Shown in pieces: positions 58,681-64,000 of a stretch of DNA of 64,000 nt. The DNA comes from Antedon mediterranea. Taxonomy: Eukaryota > Animalia > Echinodermata. Each line of letters starts with the position of its first letter. Position 1 is the stretch's first letter. The stretch covers positions 32,175,648-32,239,647 of the forward strand of contig NC_092673.1 in assembly GCF_964355755.1 (NCBI RefSeq), in the 5' to 3' direction. The notes under the pieces are model-generated. The model was not told where the DNA came from. It was given only the letters and a program-made list of their open reading frames with translations, and ran no database searches. The translations under genes were made by a program, and so were the position numbers.

Positions 58681-61600
58681 TTAATCATCATCTGTATCTG
58701 AATCACTTTCAATAAATTCTACAGATGTTATATTTAATCCCTTTTCCTTTTCTGTCTTTTTTGCCCTTTCTTCTTGTTTCCTTGCTTTTTCTTTCAATAT
58801 AGGTAAAACTTCATCCGCAATATAATCCAAAATTTCTATAAAAAGTAACACCAACATATCTAAGATTAGTAAATAAATCAGATCTTATTTGATGAACCAT
58901 TTTTTATTTGAAATAACATGCTATATCGTTCAAACAATGTTATTAGTTATATACAAGTAAAATGTCTCATATACTGTCCTCTGGTATAATCCCACCCGTC
59001 TAGAATAAAGGGGTGGGATTATACTCTGACTACCCGGGAATATACCTGTGTAATCAAATATAAATAAGGGGTGGGATTAGACCCGAAGTGGGATTATACC
59101 CGAGGATTTACATTAAGTGTAGTAGAACATACGATCTAGATCTTTATAATGATGTCTTGGAACATGCTTGCTTTTAATAGTATACCAACGAGATCGTAGT
59201 TTTTGAGGAGAAACTTTTCTGAAAACAAATAAAAATAAGATTATTAAATCGTTAATTAAATGATACATAATTATTGTAAACAATTATTATAGATACAAGT
59301 TATTGTGTAGTGGCACTGTGACTTAGTGGTCGATATACCATACCAATCCCAGGATTTTTGGTTTTATGCCTGCCATTCCAATACAGCAACAATCTTATTT
59401 GGTTTATACATTTTTCCACCCTTGCATTTCATTTATTTATTTTCCACACATTGAACAAAATAGAACCTTAATTGACAAGTCATGTATTTGCTGTTGGATG
59501 ATGTGGGAAAAAAAAGAAATTCTATGATCATCAAATTCTAGTCTTCTACTTTCACAATATACAATGGTTTAATTGAAAATTATTTAAAAAAATAGAGAAA
59601 CAAAATATCTAACTTTTTTAATTCTGGCAAAAGAGCCAACCAATCAATTTCTTCTTCATCATGAATATTCATTTCATAAATCCTGTGAGAAACAACAAAT
59701 AAATTTCATTCTTAAATAAAAAAAACTTGTTTAAGTCTTTTTCTAATTAAAGTCCATTGAAAGAGTTATTGTGTACATTGTTATTAATCCAAGAAATAAA
59801 CCAAGCTCGTAGCCAGGGAGGTAGACTTGCCCCAAGTCTGTATTATCTTTTTTTTTAAATTTATTTGTTTTTATTTCGACCGCGATTTTTGTCTGAAAAT
59901 ACAAACTTGTGAAACACGTATCGAAATCGATTTGCAGACCGCAAACATCCGATAAGAATGATGCAGGTTTATGATACCGTATTTGGCTATATGGGGCGGG
60001 CGGTATGTAAATATGGATTTCGAATCAACCAATGACCATTTTGTTTCAAAATGAAAAAGATCGAGTACGTACAGTGCTGAATGTACGATCCAGACTGTTG
60101 AAATATGAAATCGTAATGCCAAGTTGTTTTGTTTATTAATTGTTTAGTCCTTATAGCCTAGGCCTCCTTCGTAGATCCTACTCAACTTGCACGTATGACC
60201 TGCCAAATAAAACGCCAATAAGGTAGGCCTACATACCACCACCGGCACAAAACAGGATTCACACACAACAGACAGGGCTACACCACTACACAGAACAGGA
60301 CTATGGAACGCCTCCTCTGCCTTCAGTTCACTTTTATCATGCAGTACACACCAATGGTCATGCAGTACACACCAATGGTCATGCAGTACACACCAATCGT
60401 CATGCAGTACACACCAAACGTCATGCAGTACACACCAATCGTCATGCAGTACACACCAATCGTCATGCAGTACACACCAATCGTCATGCAGTACACACCA
60501 ATCGTCATGCAGTACACACCAATCGTCGTTCACATTTATCATGCAGTACACACCAATCGTCATGCAGTACACACCAATCGTCATGCAATACACACCAAAC
60601 ATCATGCAGTACACACCAATTGTCATGCAGTACACACCAATCGTCATGCAGTCAAATATTGCGTAATTTATACCGCCACCTATCGACAAAATCGAATATC
60701 ACGTGATGTTTATTAGACGGCTGTAAAACTAAGACTATTTAAACTTCTTTTATGGAATTCAATAATTGCAATGTGTCTCGCATAATAAATTATTGTATAT
60801 ATAAAAAACAGAGCATTCACAGAGATGTGTAGCGGTTAAAATAAGTACAGTAAACTGTATGTCAAACATAAAAGAAATCTTAGAGTCGATGGCCTAGTAG
60901 TTTTACAGCCGTCTAATAAACGTCACGTGATATTCGATTTTGGCGATAGGTGGCGGTATAAATTACGCAATATTTCACTGCATGACGATTGGTGTGTACT
61001 GCATGACGATTGGTGTGTACTGCATGACAATTGGTGTGTACTGCATGACCATTGGTGTGTACTGCATGATGTTTGGTGTGTACTGCATGACGATTGGTGT
61101 GTACTGCATGACGATTGGTGTGTACTGCATGATGTTTGGTGTGTACTGCATGACGATTGGTGTGTACTGCATGACCATTGGTGTGTACTGCATGACCATT
61201 GGTGTGTACTGCATGACCATTGGTGTGTACTGCATGACGATTGGTGTGTACTGCATGACCATTGTGAACTGAAGGCAGAGGAGGCGTTCCATACAGGACA
61301 GGGTCTGGGTGGGAAATAAATCAAATTATCTCCACGTAATATTAAATGATCCATTCAATGTTTGATTTGCGGAGAAGCAAGACGAGCTTTCTTGGGAAAA
61401 ATCCCATCAAATGTTTACCAGACTACTACTAGCCTAGGCATACGGTATAAAATCATTTCTAGCCTTCAGAAACTTTCATTAATGTACCCAAGTACACGTT
61501 GTCTAAACGTAACATAGTGCATGCGTACCTTCTTATTGTTGAGTCTTTGAAATTCTGAAACATGAATATTAAAACGGTGTACGAGTGAGTAGCCAATCGT

Positions 61601-63867
61601 ATGCAGCTGAAACTAGTCAACCGGATAATCTATGCACCAAGAATTCTTGGTGTCAAACCACGCGACTTTTGTGTGTTTCCCCAGACGGAGTATCCAAACT
61701 CAAGTAATACACGTATGAAACGCCATATGTGCAAAAATATTTTTATTTTTACTAATATTAAGAAAAAACTCCGTCTGGAGCCCAGACTACCAGGGAGGTT
61801 AGAAGGTTTAAACAAACCCTACTTTTTACTAAAATGCCCTTTTAAAACTAGAGATCAGTAGTGAAAAAATGATAAATTTGCCCTTTACGTGAAAAAAAAA
61901 ATGAACCCTCTGTAAAAATCCTGGTTACAAGCTTGCAAAACAATGTAAATAAACACAAGTCCAGTAGCTTTTAGATTGACTTATCTTGCATCTGACCAGA
62001 AGTTTAGATTCATCCAGGGCCGACTATACTAAGTTTTGTTGTCATTACTATTGCTTTACCTTTCAATCAATTTGACATCATCTGTCTTGGTCCAGGGGTC
62101 TTTTTCCAAGATTGTTTCCCCATGAGTTAGACCACTCAGGATTGCCAACCTAAAACATAGAAAATAAATAAATATTGAACTTCATATCCTGTGTTGTTTC
62201 ATTTACAATGTTTTTTTGGACATCATTTTTTATGACAACTCACCATTGATGCCTACACTGCTTAGCCTCTCTTGTCGGCACTTTTTTCTGCACCTTCTCC
62301 CATGGGATGTTATAATACCATGCCTCAGACCCCAAGTCCCCTGATACAAGTTCTAGAACTGCCTCTGTCAACTGCCTACACTCATTTTTTGTCCAGACAC
62401 CAAGAGCTGAAATATGTAAATGCATGTACAAATTTGAGATAATAGGAAAAAAAATGGCGATGTAATGATAGTGTGACATAGATGGCGCTGTTAACATGAT
62501 GTTAATCAACGATGGTGGTGATAAAGATAATCTAGTTGAAAATGTATTCAACTGTTTGTAGTAATGGTATTTGATTTAAATTGCTAAAAAATCTCAATTT
62601 ATTACTTTTATTAGCAGCGATGCCAAACCGAAAGCAATTGATGACTGAATTTTCTGCCCTGTCAATCAAACGACCTATTTTTGTCCACTTGCTTCCATAT
62701 TTGGCATGTAGGCGTGCAACTGCTTTTACTTCCTCACTGGTATACCTTGAAGAGAAAGAAAATGGCCAAGTGTAGTGTGTTTTAATTCATAGTAAATGAC
62801 TCTGAATGAGTTAAGTTCTTCCTGAATATAAGTAATTCTGATAATGGTAAAGTCTTGATAAGATAACAACTTAGAAGGGAAGTCTAGTGTACACACATGG
62901 CTTGTAAGCACTTCAAAGAATGCAGTTATCTTTCACGATGAGTAGGGAGTTACCACGGTATTCTGGTTCAACTCAACCCATAGTTGTTATGCACTTGTCA
63001 ATTGTATAACCCACTATACGACCTCTGGGCGAGGTGCATCATGAATTCGAATAAAGAAATGAAATACAAATAATTATTGATGCAGAGGTGCGTCACATCA
63101 ATGAACAATGGTGTGTCAATGTTTGTCACTTTATCATCCACCACATCATGAACAACATGGTCACAGTGCATCAAAATGGATGCGTCATAGTCACCTAAAT
63201 GTTCGTAAATTTTTTTTATGCAATGGGTGTCATAGTGGTATTCATAAGGTACGACACACATTGGACAAATGACGCACCTCTCCCGCCGGGGGTCGTATAG
63301 TGCATTACAGCTGTATAGTATCATTAGGAAGACAGCTTTGAACATGACAAATGAGAAATAAGAATATTTCTGAAATTGTTATACTGTAATTATATTTTGG
63401 GATCCACTTTGTATGTGCAAATGATAACCTTCAAAACCTTTACTTACCTTCCCTTATAGTTGTTTTTATCAAAAATTTTTCTGCAACGATAGTAAACATT
63501 TAGGAGTGGCCGATCTATACCGTTACCTAGACAAAACAATATAATATTAAATGAATTGAAAGGCAAACAATTACTGCACAAATTACAACGCTGTTTACCA
63601 GGTAGGCCTACTAAGTCCAAATAATAAGCTAGCTACTTTGGTAGTGCATTGTTTTTCTCTTTTTAATACCAAGAAATGACCTGCTTTAATGTTTTTAAAG
63701 TATGCATTATTTTTTACAAAATGTCGAAAATTGCAGGGAAAATGTATTTAAAGGTACGCACCTAATTTATGATACATTTCTTTTTCTCTGGTGAGATGCG
63801 AGTAATTACCCTCTTCTTCATACAGCTTTGGAAATATTAATTTATCACAATCATAAACTTCAACTTC
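58681..63867 (-). CDS. Myb/SANT-repeat protein, TTF1 (transcription termination factor 1)/DMTF1-like, 3' exons; gene continues beyond window
   Basis: Exons approx. 63867-63762, 63526-63448, 62745-62607, 62407-62245, 62149-62060, 59682-59614, 59218-59133, 58835-58681: RPLLNVYYRCRKIFDKNNYKGRYTSEE..YGSKWTKIG, GVWTKNE..IPWEKV..TREAKQCRHQW, WTKTDDVKLIERIYE..EIDW, LRSRWY; acidic end. NNYKGRY favours TTF1. Confidence 0.8.
60302..61293. mobile_element. IS3EU-like non-autonomous foldback element with ~400-bp TIRs built on 21-bp repeats
   Basis: Termini TATGG..CCATA; 6-bp TSD CAGGAC (60296-60301, 61294-61299); arms 60302-60731 and 60898-61293 contain (CATGCAGTACACACCAATCGT)n. Confidence 0.75.
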
Positions 63868-64000
63868 CTGCAAAAGAGAATTGGGTTAAAATACTGGTTG
63901 CATTGTTAATAGCTTCATGAGCAAATCTCACTCACTAAAACTGTGCACTGTAGTTTTTATTACAATTTGTCATTAGAGTGTGAATGACGCCTTACAGTAG

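Noticed and set aside
60144-61354. Repetitive ORFs (HDDWCVL, MQYTPIV, MTIGVYC, SCSTHQ)
   Set aside because: Translations of a stop-free 21-bp minisatellite within TIRs; open in many frames on both strands.
62998-63345. Cys/His-rich 115-aa ORF
   Set aside because: Lies within an intron of the Myb gene; no recognisable zinc-finger spacing or splice context; probably a repeat remnant.

Overview
AT-rich, intron-containing animal (probably marine invertebrate) genomic DNA; it is not prokaryotic and has no CRISPR array. The left ~25 kb is a mobile-element cluster. It holds an intact 2675-aa Helitron/Helentron Rep-helicase ORF (herpes-tegument-type deubiquitinase + OTU + HUH Rep + PIF1 helicase + AP-type endonuclease). 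Convergent with it is a spliced double-OB-fold (RPA/SSB-like) gene, duplicated as a 2.75-kb palindrome around a perfect hairpin with flip/flop loops. The cluster also has related non-autonomous Helitron-type ends, a hAT-like element and a three-level LINE/LINE/Kolobok nest. The right part holds host genes: the 3' half of Drosha, with a tandemly duplicated RNase IIIa exon pair whose second copy has the catalytic Glu changed to Gln; WDR47 and syntaxin-6 head-to-head (STX6 has a U12 AT-AC intron); and the 3' part of a TTF1-like Myb gene. Introns contain MITEs, MITE-borne minisatellites, an IS3EU-like foldback element and Penelope-type hammerhead motifs. All calls are by eye and recalled motif knowledge; no database searches were run.
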